NCBI GenBank assembly: GCA_023717585.1
Contig: JAMQPJ010000419.1
Coordinates: 1 to 38,866 of the forward strand
Source: Thermoanaerobaculia bacterium
GTDB taxonomy: Bacteria > Acidobacteriota > Thermoanaerobaculia > UBA5066
Length of the DNA: 38,866 bases
Direction: 5' to 3'
Shown here: positions 1-9,884 of the stretch, in pieces
How the letters are laid out: each line of letters begins with the position of its first letter
How positions within the stretch are numbered: the stretch's first letter is position 1
Notes under the pieces: generated by a model
Told to the model about the DNA's origin: nothing
Database searches by the model: none
Seen by the model: only the letters and a program-made list of their open reading frames with translations
Translations under genes and position numbers: made by a program

Positions 1-1
1 C

Positions 2-979
2 ATCCAGTACAACAAGCGTGATCTGTCGAGCGCGCTCTCGGTGGAGGCGCTGCAGGACTCGCTCGGGTTCCACTCCTATCCGTACGTCGAGACCGTCGCC
101 TCCCAGGGTTCGGGTGTGATCGAGACGTTCAAGCTCGTCTCGAAGCTCACCTTCGTGGACCTTCTTCGCCGCCTCCAGCGCGGCTGGCAGCCGCCTCCCG
201 AGACGCCCGCCGTCCGGCCGGGTGAGGCGTTCGCCGCGTCCTCCCACGAGACGCCCGCGGCCGCCGAGGAAGAGCCCGCCGCCGCGGTCATTCCGGACGT
301 GGAGCCCGTGCTCGCCGTCTCTGGGAGCGCGCGTGTGTCCGATCGGGACGAACCGCCATCCGAAGAGCCGTCCGAAGACCCGATCGAAGAGAGCGCCGAA
401 GCCTGGGTCGTCCCGTCGGTCGAAGGGGCGTTCCCGGACCTCTCGGAAGACTCGGCTCCCTCTTCGACGCAACCTGCCGTCGAGGCGAGGCCCGCCGCCG
501 AGGAGCCGCCCGCGACCGCGCAGGCCGCGCCGGAGGCCACGCTCGCGCCGGCCGTCCTGCTGGCGGCGCTGGCCTCCGCGCCTCCCTCGCCGCCTGCCCC
601 AGAGCCGCCACCGGCGCCCGCGACCGTGCACGCGGCACCGCCGCCCGCGAGATCCACGACCGTCGACGAGAAGCTCAATGCCGTCCTGGCCGAAACGCGG
701 AAGGCGGCCGGGCGCGTGTCCGGATCGTTCCGCCGCCTGGACGCTTCCGAGGTGAGCACGCAGGAGATTCCCGCGCGCGAAGTCGCCGAGCGCCGTCTGG
801 AGGAAGCGATCGCGACCCTCCGTGCGGACCTTTCGAGCGAGATGGCCCGGCTCCGCGGCGAGCTCGCCGCCGCCCGCGACACCGCCGCGAACGCGGAGTC
901 CGCCGCGGCCGCGGCGAACGATCGCGCGCGCCGCCTGGAGGATGCTCTCCGCCAGGCTTTCCGCGGCCTCGAAGACTGA
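2..979 (+). CDS. MglA/Ras-like small GTPase, C-terminal portion (5-prime end cut by window edge), with a long Pro/Ala/Glu-rich tail and a terminal coiled coil
   Basis: Frame 2 is open from the window edge: IQYNKRDLSSALSVEALQDSLGFHSYPYVETVASQGSGVIETFKLVSKL. This carries the NKxD (G4) box and the A..G.GV.ETF C-terminal signature of MglA-type prokaryotic GTPases. About 250 aa of P/A/E/S low complexity follows, then an Ala/Arg/Glu/Leu helix (LEEAIATLRADLSSEMARLRGELAAARD...RRLEDALRQAFRGLED). Stop TGA at 977-979. Confidence 0.7.
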   Translation: MQYNKRDLSSALSVEALQDSLGFHSYPYVETVASQGSGVIETFKLVSKLTFVDLLRRLQRGWQPPPETPAVRPGEAFAASSHETPAAAEEEPAAAVIPDVEPVLAVSGSARVSDRDEPPSEEPSEDPIEESAEAWVVPSVEGAFPDLSEDSAPSSTQPAVEARPAAEEPPATAQAAPEATLAPAVLLAALASAPPSPPAPEPPPAPATVHAAPPPARSTTVDEKLNAVLAETRKAAGRVSGSFRRLDASEVSTQEIPAREVAERRLEEAIATLRADLSSEMARLRGELAAARDTAANAESAAAAANDRARRLEDALRQAFRGLED

Positions 980-983
980 CGGT

Positions 984-1355
984 TCAGGACGGACGCTTCA
1001 GCGACACCCCCGAGGCGGACCTCTTCGAGAGCGCGAGGCGCAAGCCCGACATCTGCTGCTCGGAAAGGCCCACGAATTCACCGCCCGCCCGGTAGATCAG
1101 CAGGCGCCCGCCCTCGGCGTCGGCGGCGAAGCCGCCCGCACGGCAGCGCGTGACCCGCACGAGCCCCGAAAACGGAACTCCGGCCACGGTCGCGTTCAGA
1201 TCGTAGGTCGAACCAGGGCGCAGCGTCGAGGCGACCTCGAAGAGCAGCCCGATCTCCGAGAGGTTCAGGATCTCCACCGGGATCGTCGACTTGAGCTGCC
1301 CGCGCGTTCCTTTCACGACGGAAGTTCGGGGCGCGCGCCTCTTTTCCTTGTCCAC
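984..1355 (-). CDS. PilZ domain protein (c-di-GMP receptor)
   Basis: 123 aa. It has RRAPR (RxxxR) near the N-terminus and NLSEIG ((D/N)xSxxG) about 20 aa later, the two PilZ c-di-GMP binding motifs. GTG start at 1355. Convergent with the GTPase gene, with only 4 nt between the stop codons. Confidence 0.8.
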   Translation of the reverse strand: MDKEKRRAPRTSVVKGTRGQLKSTIPVEILNLSEIGLLFEVASTLRPGSTYDLNATVAGVPFSGLVRVTRCRAGGFAADAEGGRLLIYRAGGEFVGLSEQQMSGLRLALSKRSASGVSLKRPS

Positions 1356-1379
1356 GTTTCCCCCGTGCTCCGGACCTGG

Positions 1380-1407
1380 AGTTTACGGGACGCGGGGCCC
1401 CCGTCAA
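1380..1407 (-). promoter_or_regulatory. Candidate sigma70-type promoter for the PilZ gene (TTGACG-N16-TAAACT)
   Basis: The minus strand reads TTGACG (1407..1402), a 16-nt spacer, then TAAACT (1385..1380). This sits about 25 nt upstream of the GTG at 1355, with GGGGGA as a possible SD. A second TTGAC copy overlaps the era stop codon. Motif match only. Confidence 0.3.
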
Positions 1408-1411
1408 CGCG

Positions 1412-2305
1412 TCAACTGGTGAGCGTGTCCAGGAAGCGAGGATCCTCGCGCCAGCCCGGCCGGGCCGCGACGAGGAGCTCGAGATAGAAACGTCCGCCGA
1501 GCGCCTGTTCGAGCTCGAGGCGGGCCGCCGTGCCGGCCTCGCGCAGAAGCCGTCCCCCAGCCCCGAGCACGATGCCCTTGTGAGAGTCGCGGTCCACGAC
1601 GACCGTCGCCTTGATCACGGTGAGGTCCTTCGCCTCGTCCCGCCTGACTTCTTCCACGAAGACCCCAAGGCCGTACGGGATCTCCTCCCGCGTCCTCTCG
1701 AGGAACTTCTCGCGGATGAGCTCCGCGGCGCGCGTCTTCGTGTCGGAATTCGTGACCGTCGCGGCCGGGAAAAGGTCCTCACCCTCGGGGAGATGCCGCC
1801 GGATCACGGGCACGAGAAGGTCGAGCCCCTCGCCCGTGAGCGCCGAGACGGGGACGATGTCCTCGAAGATCCCCGCACGTGAAACCGCCTCCAGCCGCGG
1901 AAGAAGCGCGGCCCTCGAAACCTGGTCGATCTTGTTCAGGACTGCGATCCGGGGGCCTTCCGCGCGCGCGAGGAGGTCCAGCGCGAAGCGGTCTCCGCCG
2001 CCGGACGGCACCGAGACGTCCACGACGAGGAGCCGGACGTCCTCCTCGCGGAGCGCCTCGAGCGCCTCGTTCATCATGGCTTTGTTCAGACGATGAAGAG
2101 GCTTGTGAAGTCCCGGCGTGTCGACGAACACGATCTGGCCCTCGGCATCCGTGCGAATCCCGAGCAGACGGCGCCGGGTCGTCTGCGGCTTGTCGGAGAC
2201 GATGGCGACCTTCGTCCCCACGAGGGCGTTCACGAGCGTGGACTTCCCGGCGTTGGGGCGACCGACGACGGCGACCGTCCCGGCGCGACGGACGTGCGCG
2301 CTCAC
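1412..2305 (-). CDS. era: GTPase Era
   Basis: 297 aa. Motifs: G1 GRPNAGKST, G3 DTPG, G4 NKID, plus a C-terminal KH-type region (REEIPYGLGVFVEEV...VVDRDSHKGIVLGAGG). The GTG start at 2305 forms a GTGA overlap with the upstream stop at 2302-2304. The 444-aa Arg-rich N-terminal extension shown in the ORF track is an alternative frame of the upstream gene. Confidence 0.93.
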   Translation of the reverse strand: MSAHVRRAGTVAVVGRPNAGKSTLVNALVGTKVAIVSDKPQTTRRRLLGIRTDAEGQIVFVDTPGLHKPLHRLNKAMMNEALEALREEDVRLLVVDVSVPSGGGDRFALDLLARAEGPRIAVLNKIDQVSRAALLPRLEAVSRAGIFEDIVPVSALTGEGLDLLVPVIRRHLPEGEDLFPAATVTNSDTKTRAAELIREKFLERTREEIPYGLGVFVEEVRRDEAKDLTVIKATVVVDRDSHKGIVLGAGGRLLREAGTAARLELEQALGGRFYLELLVAARPGWREDPRFLDTLTS

Positions 2306-3627
2306 GACTCCGGCCCTTTTACCCTCTCGTCTGCCTTCTCGTCCGCCTTCGCGGGGGTGTCCTCCCGCCGGATGCGCACGCGGTGAATCCGGCGGCGGTC
2401 CGCCTCCTCCACGAGGAAGAGGAGGCCCGCCTCGTGCGCCGTCTCGCCCGCCCTCGGGATGCGCCCGAGCCGCTCCGAGACGAGACCGGCCACGGTGTCG
2501 TATTCGTCGGACGGAAACGTCACGCCAAAGAGAGTCGCGATCTCCGGAACGCGGACGCGCCCCGCCACCGAGTACGACCCGTCCTCCTGCGCGACGATCG
2601 GCGGCTGCTCGTCCTCGTGCTCGTCCGCGATCTCGCCCACGAGCTCCTCGACGAGATCCTCGAGCGTCGCGAGACCGGTCACGGCGCCGTATTCGTCCAC
2701 GACGATCGCGAGCGGCTGCCGGCGGCGGCGGAAGTCGGACAGGAGCGTCGCGACCGTCTGGGTTTCGGGCGCGAAGAACACCTGGCGTGCGAGCGGGCGC
2801 GCGGTGGCCGGCGGACTCGGGCGGCGCAGGACGGTGAACACGTCCTTGACGTGGACGACACCCACGGGTTTGTCCACGCTGCCCTCCACGAGCGGAATCC
2901 GCGTGAACTTCGTGCGCGCGAAGAGGTCCGCGATCTCGTCCAGCGGCGCGTCGGCCTCGGCGAACACGATGTCGGGCCGCGACGTCATGACCTCGCCTAC
3001 CGTGCGGTCGCCGAAGTCCACGGCGCGCGTCACGAGCTCTTCCTCGTGCTCCTCGAGAATCCCCTCCTCGCGGGCGACGTCGAGGAGCGCACGCATGTCC
3101 GCGTCCTTCTCGGACTCTTCCTTCTCCGGGACGCCCGCGGCGCCGGCCTCGGTCTCGTCGTCCTCGCGTTCGAGAAGGCGCGAGAGGAAGGGCGTCAGGG
3201 GAGCCGCGAGGAAATCGACGGCGGGCGTGAGCCACGCGAAGCCCGCGAGGGCTTCGTTCCCGCCCCGGCGGGCGACCCACCGGATGATGAGACTTTCGGC
3301 GAGAATCCAGCCGAGAAGGATCACGACGGCCGAGAGGAGCCACGGTTCGGCAACGCCGAGAGCCGCGAGGGCCGAACCGAGGCAGAGGAGGCCGCCGAGC
3401 ACCGCGCCTTGCGCCGTCAGGCGCACGGCGATCCGGGAGACGCGGACGTGCTCGGACGCGAGGAGCGTGCCGAAGCGCGCGGGATTCGCCTCGAGGAGAG
3501 ACTTGCGGCGCAGGACCGAGAGGCTCTCGAGCGCCTGGCCGAAACCGGAAAAGACGACGTAGACGCCCGCGAAGAAGGTGGCAAGGAGAAGCGCGACGCC
3601 GGCGCCCCCGACGAGAACGCCGGTCAC
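2302..3627 (-). CDS. CNNM/DUF21-CBS-CorC_HlyC family transporter-associated protein (TlyC/CorC-like)
   Basis: 441 aa when started at GTG 3627, which forms a GTGA overlap with the ybeY stop. It has a hydrophobic multi-TM N-terminus (VTGVLVGGAGVALLLATFFAGVYVV...). A CBS pair follows (VGEVMTSRPDIVF...IPLVEGSVDKPVGVVHVKDV; ...PLAIVVDEYGAVTGLATLEDLVEELVGEI). The C-terminal CorC_HlyC-like segment reads SYSVAGRVRVPEIATLFG...DTVAGLV. Confidence 0.88.
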   Translation of the reverse strand: MTGVLVGGAGVALLLATFFAGVYVVFSGFGQALESLSVLRRKSLLEANPARFGTLLASEHVRVSRIAVRLTAQGAVLGGLLCLGSALAALGVAEPWLLSAVVILLGWILAESLIIRWVARRGGNEALAGFAWLTPAVDFLAAPLTPFLSRLLEREDDETEAGAAGVPEKEESEKDADMRALLDVAREEGILEEHEEELVTRAVDFGDRTVGEVMTSRPDIVFAEADAPLDEIADLFARTKFTRIPLVEGSVDKPVGVVHVKDVFTVLRRPSPPATARPLARQVFFAPETQTVATLLSDFRRRRQPLAIVVDEYGAVTGLATLEDLVEELVGEIADEHEDEQPPIVAQEDGSYSVAGRVRVPEIATLFGVTFPSDEYDTVAGLVSERLGRIPRAGETAHEAGLLFLVEEADRRRIHRVRIRREDTPAKADEKADERVKGPES

Positions 3628-4121
3628 GGCACGCCATCCGGGCCTTCGCCGAAGGCCGAGAGGAGGATCCGCCGCTGCCGCCGGAACATCGTGCCGCCGT
3701 CCTTCTCGTGATCGTAGCCGAGAAGGTGCAGAAAGCCGTGCGCGAGGAGAATCTGCAACTCGCGTTGGAGCCTGTGGCCGCGGCGGCGGGCCTGCCGCGC
3801 CGCGTACGGAACGTCGATCACGATGTCGCCGAGAAACTCGCCACGCCGCGCGGCGGCGCGGACCGAGGTTGCTTCGAAGGCGGGGAAAGACAGGACGTCG
3901 GTCGGCGAGCCTCTGCCGCGCCACCGCGCGTTCAGCCCGCTCATGCGCCGGTCGCCGCACAGCAGGACGGAAAACCGTGCGCGCTTCGCGCGTGCTTCGA
4001 ATAGAAGGCTGCGGGACCAGGCCTCGATGCGCGACACCGGTGGAGCCGTGAAAACGGTGACCAGAACATCGACGGCGCCGATGGCTCCGCCGGCCCGCCT
4101 TTGCGCCCTTGCTCTCTTCAC
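3624..4121 (-). CDS. ybeY: rRNA maturation endoribonuclease YbeY
   Basis: 165 aa with the zinc motif HGFLHLLGYDH, plus TDVLSFP and GDIVI. It sits in the conserved position between phoH and the CNNM/CorC gene. The GTG start at 4121 is the only upstream start in frame, so the exact start is uncertain. Confidence 0.88.
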   Translation of the reverse strand: MKRARAQRRAGGAIGAVDVLVTVFTAPPVSRIEAWSRSLLFEARAKRARFSVLLCGDRRMSGLNARWRGRGSPTDVLSFPAFEATSVRAAARRGEFLGDIVIDVPYAARQARRRGHRLQRELQILLAHGFLHLLGYDHEKDGGTMFRRQRRILLSAFGEGPDGVP

Positions 4122-4159
4122 TTTCTAAGAAATCTTCCGCCCTGACCTGGATCGGGGCG

Positions 4160-5232
<1,073 letters not shown>

Positions 5233-5239
<7 letters not shown>

Positions 5240-5261
5240 TTCCTCTTCTCTCTTCTACAAT
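5233..5261 (+). promoter_or_regulatory. Candidate promoter for the 5308 gene (TTAGCA-N17-TACAAT)
   Basis: TTAGCA at 5233-5238, a 17-nt spacer, then TACAAT at 5256-5261. This lies in the locally AT/CT-rich divergent region between phoH and the + strand gene and overlaps the phoH start codon. Motif match only. Confidence 0.3.
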
Positions 5262-5307
5262 CGCCTGGCCAGCCCAGCCACAACCATCAAGAGGAGGATG
5301 TCCGACC

Positions 5308-5898
5308 ATGTATACGATTACCCGCCGCTACGCCCTGCTGTCGCTCGCCTCGCTCTTCGCACTCGCCGTCAGCGTTCCCGCCGCGGCCAGCTCCAAGAAG
5401 TTCACGGAGTCGGACGATGCGAAGCAGAACGACGAGCCCCAGGAGTACCTGAAGAACTACGACAAGTTGACGAAGGGTAAGGAGGCCGACTGGGTCTACT
5501 TCACCGAAGGTGTCGACCTCAAGTCGTTCAAGACCGTCTCGGCGAAGACATGGGGCTCCACGAACAAGAAATCGCGCAGCAAGCACGCGGCCGAGTCGGG
5601 CCCCGAGTACCTGGAACAGTGGATCAAGAGGTCCAAGAAGCTCGGCTGGGAGGTCGTGAAGGACGGTGGCAACCTGCGGATCGAGGGGAACGTCTTCAAT
5701 GCCTGGGAGCCGAGCGGCGCCGCCCGCGCATGGGGCGGCTGGGCGGCGAATCCCGGCGTGGGGATGGAGCTCGTCGCCAAGGACAAGTCGGGCAAGACGA
5801 TCTTCGAGATCCGCCACAAGGCGAAGGGCTCTACGCTGGAGGATGCCGTCGAGAACGGCCTCGAGAAGATCGTCAAGACGCTCGAGGTCGGGAAGTAA
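5308..5898 (+). CDS. Hypothetical secreted protein, Lys-rich
   Basis: 196 aa. Signal peptide MYTITRRYALLSLASLFALAVSVPAAASS. GAGGAGGA lies upstream of the ATG at 5308. G/C-ending codon pattern. I recognise no family. Confidence 0.75.
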   Translation: MYTITRRYALLSLASLFALAVSVPAAASSKKFTESDDAKQNDEPQEYLKNYDKLTKGKEADWVYFTEGVDLKSFKTVSAKTWGSTNKKSRSKHAAESGPEYLEQWIKRSKKLGWEVVKDGGNLRIEGNVFNAWEPSGAARAWGGWAANPGVGMELVAKDKSGKTIFEIRHKAKGSTLEDAVENGLEKIVKTLEVGK

Positions 5899-5985
5899 GC
5901 AGCCGCGGCGGTCCCTCGCGGATTTCCCCCTTTTTGAGACTTCGTCGCAGGGCGATATAGGATTCCTCGAAAAGGAGGAGACCTC

Positions 5986-6555
5986 ATGAAAACCGCGTGC
6001 CGCCTGCTCGCCGTCGCCGCGCTCTTCGTCGCTTCGTCGCTCCGGGCCGAGGACAAACCGATGGCTCCGCCGAAGCCCGCCGCCGAGATGTCACAGCTTT
6101 CCTACATGGTCGGCACCTGGAGCTGCTCCGGAAAGGCGTTCGCGTCGCCGTTCGGCCCCGAGCACGCGACCGAGGGCGTCGCGAAGGCGCAGATGGCGCT
6201 GGGAGGCTTCCGACTCGTGATCCACTACGACGAGGCGAAAACGGCCGCGAGCCCGATGCCCTACCGCGTCCTCCAGGTCGTGGGCTGGGATCCCGCCCGG
6301 AAAGCGTTCGACTCCGTCTGCTTCGACGTCTTCGGCGGGGCGTGCACGCAGACGTCGCCCGGCTGGAAGGGAAACGCCCTCGTCTTCGAAGGGACCGCTC
6401 TCATGGGGGGCCAGAAGATGGGTGCGCGCGACACCTTCACGAAGGTCAGCGCCACCGAGATGACGCACAAGGGCGAGATGCAGGGGGCCGACGGCAAGTG
6501 GGCCGCAGGCGACGAGGAGACCTGCACGAGGGTCGTGAAGGCCGCGAAGAAGTAG
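5986..6555 (+). CDS. Secreted protein, DUF1579-like
   Basis: 189 aa. Signal peptide MKTACRLLAVAALFVASSLRAED. AAAGGAGGAG SD sits 6 nt before the ATG. The pattern MVGTWSCSGK...GGFRLVIHYDE...VVGWDPARKAF resembles the DUF1579 family as I remember it. The family call is by eye. Confidence 0.7.
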   Translation: MKTACRLLAVAALFVASSLRAEDKPMAPPKPAAEMSQLSYMVGTWSCSGKAFASPFGPEHATEGVAKAQMALGGFRLVIHYDEAKTAASPMPYRVLQVVGWDPARKAFDSVCFDVFGGACTQTSPGWKGNALVFEGTALMGGQKMGARDTFTKVSATEMTHKGEMQGADGKWAAGDEETCTRVVKAAKK

Positions 6556-6570
6556 CGGGAATCCCCGGAC

Positions 6571-7296
6571 CTATGCCGCCTCGGCCGCCGAGTCCTTGAG
6601 GATGCGGCCGTCGTGCACCTCGATGACGCGGCCCGCCCGGCGAGCGAGGCTCATGTCGTGCGTGATGACGATGAAGGTGCCTCCCGCCTTCCAGAGATCG
6701 GTGAAAAGACCCATGATGTCGCCGCCCGACGTCGAGTCGAGGTTTCCGGTCGGCTCGTCGGCGAGCAGCATGTCGGGCGTCATCGCGAGCGCCCGCGCGA
6801 CCGCGACGCGCTGCATCTCGCCGCCCGACAGCTCCGTGGGCCTGTGCTCGAGGCGATCCCCGAGGCCCACCTTCTCGAGCAGCTCCGCGGCCCGGGCATG
6901 GCGTTCCTTCGGGGGAACGCCGCCGAAGAGCATCGGCATTTCGACGTTCTCCTGGGCGGAGATCTGCGGCAGGAGGTTGAAGTTCTGGAAAACGAAGCCC
7001 ACGCGGCGGTTCCTGACGTCGGCGAGCGCGTCGCGAGAAAGCCCCGCCACGGCCTCGCCGCCGAGCTCGTAAACGCCGCTCGTGGGCGTGTCGAGGCAGC
7101 CGATGAGGTTCATGAGAGTCGACTTGCCGGAGCCCGACGGCCCGACGATCGCGACGAACTCGCCCTTCCTGACCGTGAAGCTCACGCCCTTCAGGGCCTC
7201 GACCTTCACCTTCCCGGTGTCGTAGACCTTGCGAATGTCCTGCAGGAGGACGATGTCGTCCGAGACGGACCGAGGGGCGTTGCCGTTCCGGGCCAT
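6571..7296 (-). CDS. ABC transporter ATP-binding protein (MacB/LolD-type)
   Basis: 241 aa from ATG 7296, preceded by AAGGAG at a 6-nt spacing; the track's earlier start at 7320 has no SD. Walker A GPSGSGKST, signature LSGGEMQR, Walker B LLADEPTGNLD, H-loop ITHD. Confidence 0.92.
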   Translation of the reverse strand: MARNGNAPRSVSDDIVLLQDIRKVYDTGKVKVEALKGVSFTVRKGEFVAIVGPSGSGKSTLMNLIGCLDTPTSGVYELGGEAVAGLSRDALADVRNRRVGFVFQNFNLLPQISAQENVEMPMLFGGVPPKERHARAAELLEKVGLGDRLEHRPTELSGGEMQRVAVARALAMTPDMLLADEPTGNLDSTSGGDIMGLFTDLWKAGGTFIVITHDMSLARRAGRVIEVHDGRILKDSAAEAA

Positions 7297-7335
7297 GAGA
7301 TCTCCTTGTCTTCCTCTCACGAGTCGACTCTTCTC

Positions 7336-8598
7336 TCACTCGTAGCGAAGCGTGGCGGCGGGGTCGATCGCGGCGGCGCGCCGCGCCGGGAAATACCCGG
7401 CGAGAAGGCCGATCGCCCCGAGGATGGCCGCCGTCCCGGCCGCGATGAGCGGCGACAGGGTGGGCCGGCCGAGGAAAGCGAGCACGCGGTTCGAGCCGTC
7501 CGGGATCAGCCCGAGGCCCGTGACGATGAGGATCGCGATCACGAGGCCGGCCGTGCCTCCGACGAGCGTATAGACGAGGGCCTCGAGGACGAACGGCCAC
7601 GTGATCCAGCGCGCCTTCGCACCGAGCGCCATCTTCACGCCGATCTCGCGTGTCCGTTCCTTGACGACTGCGTACATGATGTTCGCCACGCCGATGCCGC
7701 CCACGAAAAGCGTCAGCACCCCGATGATCCCGAGGAAGATCTCGATGCCCAGCGAGACCCTCTGCCCGTTCCGCGACGTCTTGACGATGTTCCAGGTCGA
7801 GAGCGCCCGCTCGTCGGTGGGGTCGTAGCCGTACTTCGCGCCGAGGATCTCGTTCAGGCGCTTCAGCGCCCCCGACATGTCGTCCGGCGTCCGCGACTGG
7901 ATGAGGAGCACGTTCAGCCGGTCCCGGCCGAAGATCGCCTTGAACGTCGTCCACGGAATGACGGCGTGGTTCTGGTCGGGTCCGCCGTAGACGCCCATCT
8001 GGGTCTTGTGCTGCATGACGCCGATGACCGTGAACGGCGAGCTATTCACGAGGAGCGTCTTCCCGACGGGATCTTCCTTGCCGAAGATGTCCTTCGCCAT
8101 CTCGTCGCCGAGGAACAGGACGCGGCGCTTCTCGGCCTCGTCCGCCTCGGTGAAGAACCGCCCGCCCGGCTGCGGATAGTGCTTGCGCGTCTCCCCGTAG
8201 ATCGTGTTCGTGCCGAGGACGCGGCCGTTCACGGTCTTGCGCCCGTACGTGATGGCCGTGCGCCACGACACGACCTCGCCGATGACGGCCGGGAGCTCGG
8301 GCATCCGGTCGGCCACGAACGACACGTCGTCCGTCGTGAGGCGGATTCGGCGTCCCGGCGGCATCCCCTTCCACGGCTTCGACGTCTCGTTCGGCCACAT
8401 GACCGCGAGGTTCTCCCCCGTCGAGCGGCGGTTGCGGTCCATCTGCCGCTTCAGGCCCTCGCCGAACGAGAGAAGGAGAAGGATCGCGACCGTGCCCCAC
8501 GCGATCGCGGCGATCGTCAGGATGGCGCGCTTCTTCGCGAGCCGGGACGACTGCGTGAAGAGGGTCAGGACCACCGGAAGGGTCCGGCCGCCTCTCAC
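7336..8598 (-). CDS. ABC transporter permease, MacB/LolC-E type (periplasmic domain plus FtsX domain), paralogue 2
   Basis: 420 aa from GTG 8598, which forms a GTGA overlap with the upstream stop at 8595-8597. TM1 is AILTIAAIAWGTVAILLLLSF. A large periplasmic segment follows, then the C-terminal FtsX signature ERTREIGVKMALGAKARW and three TM segments. The longer N-terminus in the track is an alternative frame of the upstream paralogue. Confidence 0.9.
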   Translation of the reverse strand: MRGGRTLPVVLTLFTQSSRLAKKRAILTIAAIAWGTVAILLLLSFGEGLKRQMDRNRRSTGENLAVMWPNETSKPWKGMPPGRRIRLTTDDVSFVADRMPELPAVIGEVVSWRTAITYGRKTVNGRVLGTNTIYGETRKHYPQPGGRFFTEADEAEKRRVLFLGDEMAKDIFGKEDPVGKTLLVNSSPFTVIGVMQHKTQMGVYGGPDQNHAVIPWTTFKAIFGRDRLNVLLIQSRTPDDMSGALKRLNEILGAKYGYDPTDERALSTWNIVKTSRNGQRVSLGIEIFLGIIGVLTLFVGGIGVANIMYAVVKERTREIGVKMALGAKARWITWPFVLEALVYTLVGGTAGLVIAILIVTGLGLIPDGSNRVLAFLGRPTLSPLIAAGTAAILGAIGLLAGYFPARRAAAIDPAATLRYE

Positions 8599-9827
8599 AG
8601 CTTCATCGCCACGACCGGATCCAGCCGTGACGCCTCGCGCGCCGGAAACCACCCGGCGAGCAGTCCGATGAGCCCGAGGATCCCGATCGTGATCGCCGCG
8701 ACGCCCGCGGAAACTTCGGGCACGCCCACCGAGTCCGTGAAACCGAACTTCGGAAACACGGCGCAGATCCCGATCGACACGGCGAAGCCGACGAGACCGC
8801 CTACGGCCGTCACGAGAAGCGTCTCGAGGAGGAACTGGGTGAGGATGAAGCGCTGCTTCGCTCCGAGCGCCATCTTGATCCCGATCTCCTTCGTCCGCTC
8901 CTCCACGACGACGTTCATGATGTTCGAGACACCGATGCCGCCCACGACGAGCGTGAGAGAGCCCACGATGCCGAGAAAGCCTGTGAACGCGAGCATGAAC
9001 GTGTCGAAGAACTTGAACTGGCCCGTCGTGTCCCACACCGAGAGCGCTTCCTTGTCCTTCGGATCGAATTTCTTGCGCTTGCCGAGGATCTCCAGGATGC
9101 GGGCCGTGAGCGACTCCGTCTCGAACGCCGATTTCGCCTGGTAGATGAGGTTGTTCACGTACTTTTCGCCCGTGAGGGCGCGGTACGTGGTGCCCGGGAT
9201 GCTGGCTTTGTCGTTGTCGCGCCCGCTGTAGCTCGAGTCCTGCGTCTTCGGCTTGAGGACGCCGATGACGAGAAACGGCGAGTTGCCGAGCATGACGGTC
9301 TTCCCGACGGCGTTTTCCTTTCCGAAGACGTTCTCGGCGAGCTTGTCGCCGAGGAAGAGGACGCGCCGCCGCTCATTCATGTCCGTCGGGTCGATGAAGC
9401 GGCCGCCCTCCTGCGGGATGAGATTCCGCATGCGGCCGAATTCGGGCGACACCCCCGAGACGTCGACGGGCCACGTCTTGAGATCGAGGTGGAGCTTCAT
9501 CGAGGTGTCGTATTCGCTCGAGACGCCGGCGAGCCCCTCGGCTTCGCGGCGGATCGCGTCCACGTCCTCTTCCATGAGGCGGATGCGGCGGCCCTTTCCG
9601 AGGCCCTGGTAGGGAACGGACGTGAGCCCCGGCCATGCGATGCAGATCCGGTCCCCGAGCCCCGCGGTGTTCTTGACGAGCTGCTTCTTGAGGCCGGTGC
9701 CGAAGGCCAGGAGCAGCGTCACGGCGACGGTTCCCCACACGATCCCGAACACGGTCAGGAACGTCCGCAGCTTCTGGCTGCGCACGTCGCGGAGGAGCTG
9801 CCTCAGGACTTCCGAGAATGTCGCCAT
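8595..9827 (-). CDS. ABC transporter permease, MacB/LolC-E type, paralogue 1
   Basis: 410 aa with the same architecture as the neighbour. TM1 is LRTFLTVFGIVWGTVAVTLLLAF, followed by a periplasmic domain and ERTKEIGIKMALGAKQRF plus three TM segments. ATG at 9827 follows AGGAG. Confidence 0.92.
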   Translation of the reverse strand: MATFSEVLRQLLRDVRSQKLRTFLTVFGIVWGTVAVTLLLAFGTGLKKQLVKNTAGLGDRICIAWPGLTSVPYQGLGKGRRIRLMEEDVDAIRREAEGLAGVSSEYDTSMKLHLDLKTWPVDVSGVSPEFGRMRNLIPQEGGRFIDPTDMNERRRVLFLGDKLAENVFGKENAVGKTVMLGNSPFLVIGVLKPKTQDSSYSGRDNDKASIPGTTYRALTGEKYVNNLIYQAKSAFETESLTARILEILGKRKKFDPKDKEALSVWDTTGQFKFFDTFMLAFTGFLGIVGSLTLVVGGIGVSNIMNVVVEERTKEIGIKMALGAKQRFILTQFLLETLLVTAVGGLVGFAVSIGICAVFPKFGFTDSVGVPEVSAGVAAITIGILGLIGLLAGWFPAREASRLDPVVAMKL

Positions 9828-9857
9828 CTACTCCTGCCTCACACACCTTCCAAGAAA

Positions 9858-9883
9858 TCTTCTCTTCCTCTTCTCTTCCTCTT
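9858..9883. repeat. Tandem 11-nt polypyrimidine repeat TCTTCTCTTCC, about 2.4 copies (polypurine on the coding strand), in the adaptor-permease intergenic spacer
   Basis: Direct reading: TCTTCTCTTCC at 9858-9868, again at 9869-9879, then TCTT at 9880-9883. The repeat lies in the loop of a 9-bp inverted repeat: AAGAAATCT at 9852-9860 and AGATTTCTT at 9890-9898. Confidence 0.85.
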
Positions 9884-9884
9884 A

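Noticed and set aside
5903-5935. The hairpin CCGCG-N9-CGCGG followed by ATTTCCCCCTTTTT after the 5308..5898 gene, considered as a terminator.
   Set aside because: The stem is only 5 bp with a 9-nt loop, and the T-run begins 9 nt after the stem. That is too weak to call, and the two genes may be co-transcribed.
6556-6567. The 4-bp GC hairpin CGGG-AATC-CCCG in the 15-nt gap between convergent genes.
   Set aside because: The stem is too short and there is no U-tract on either strand.
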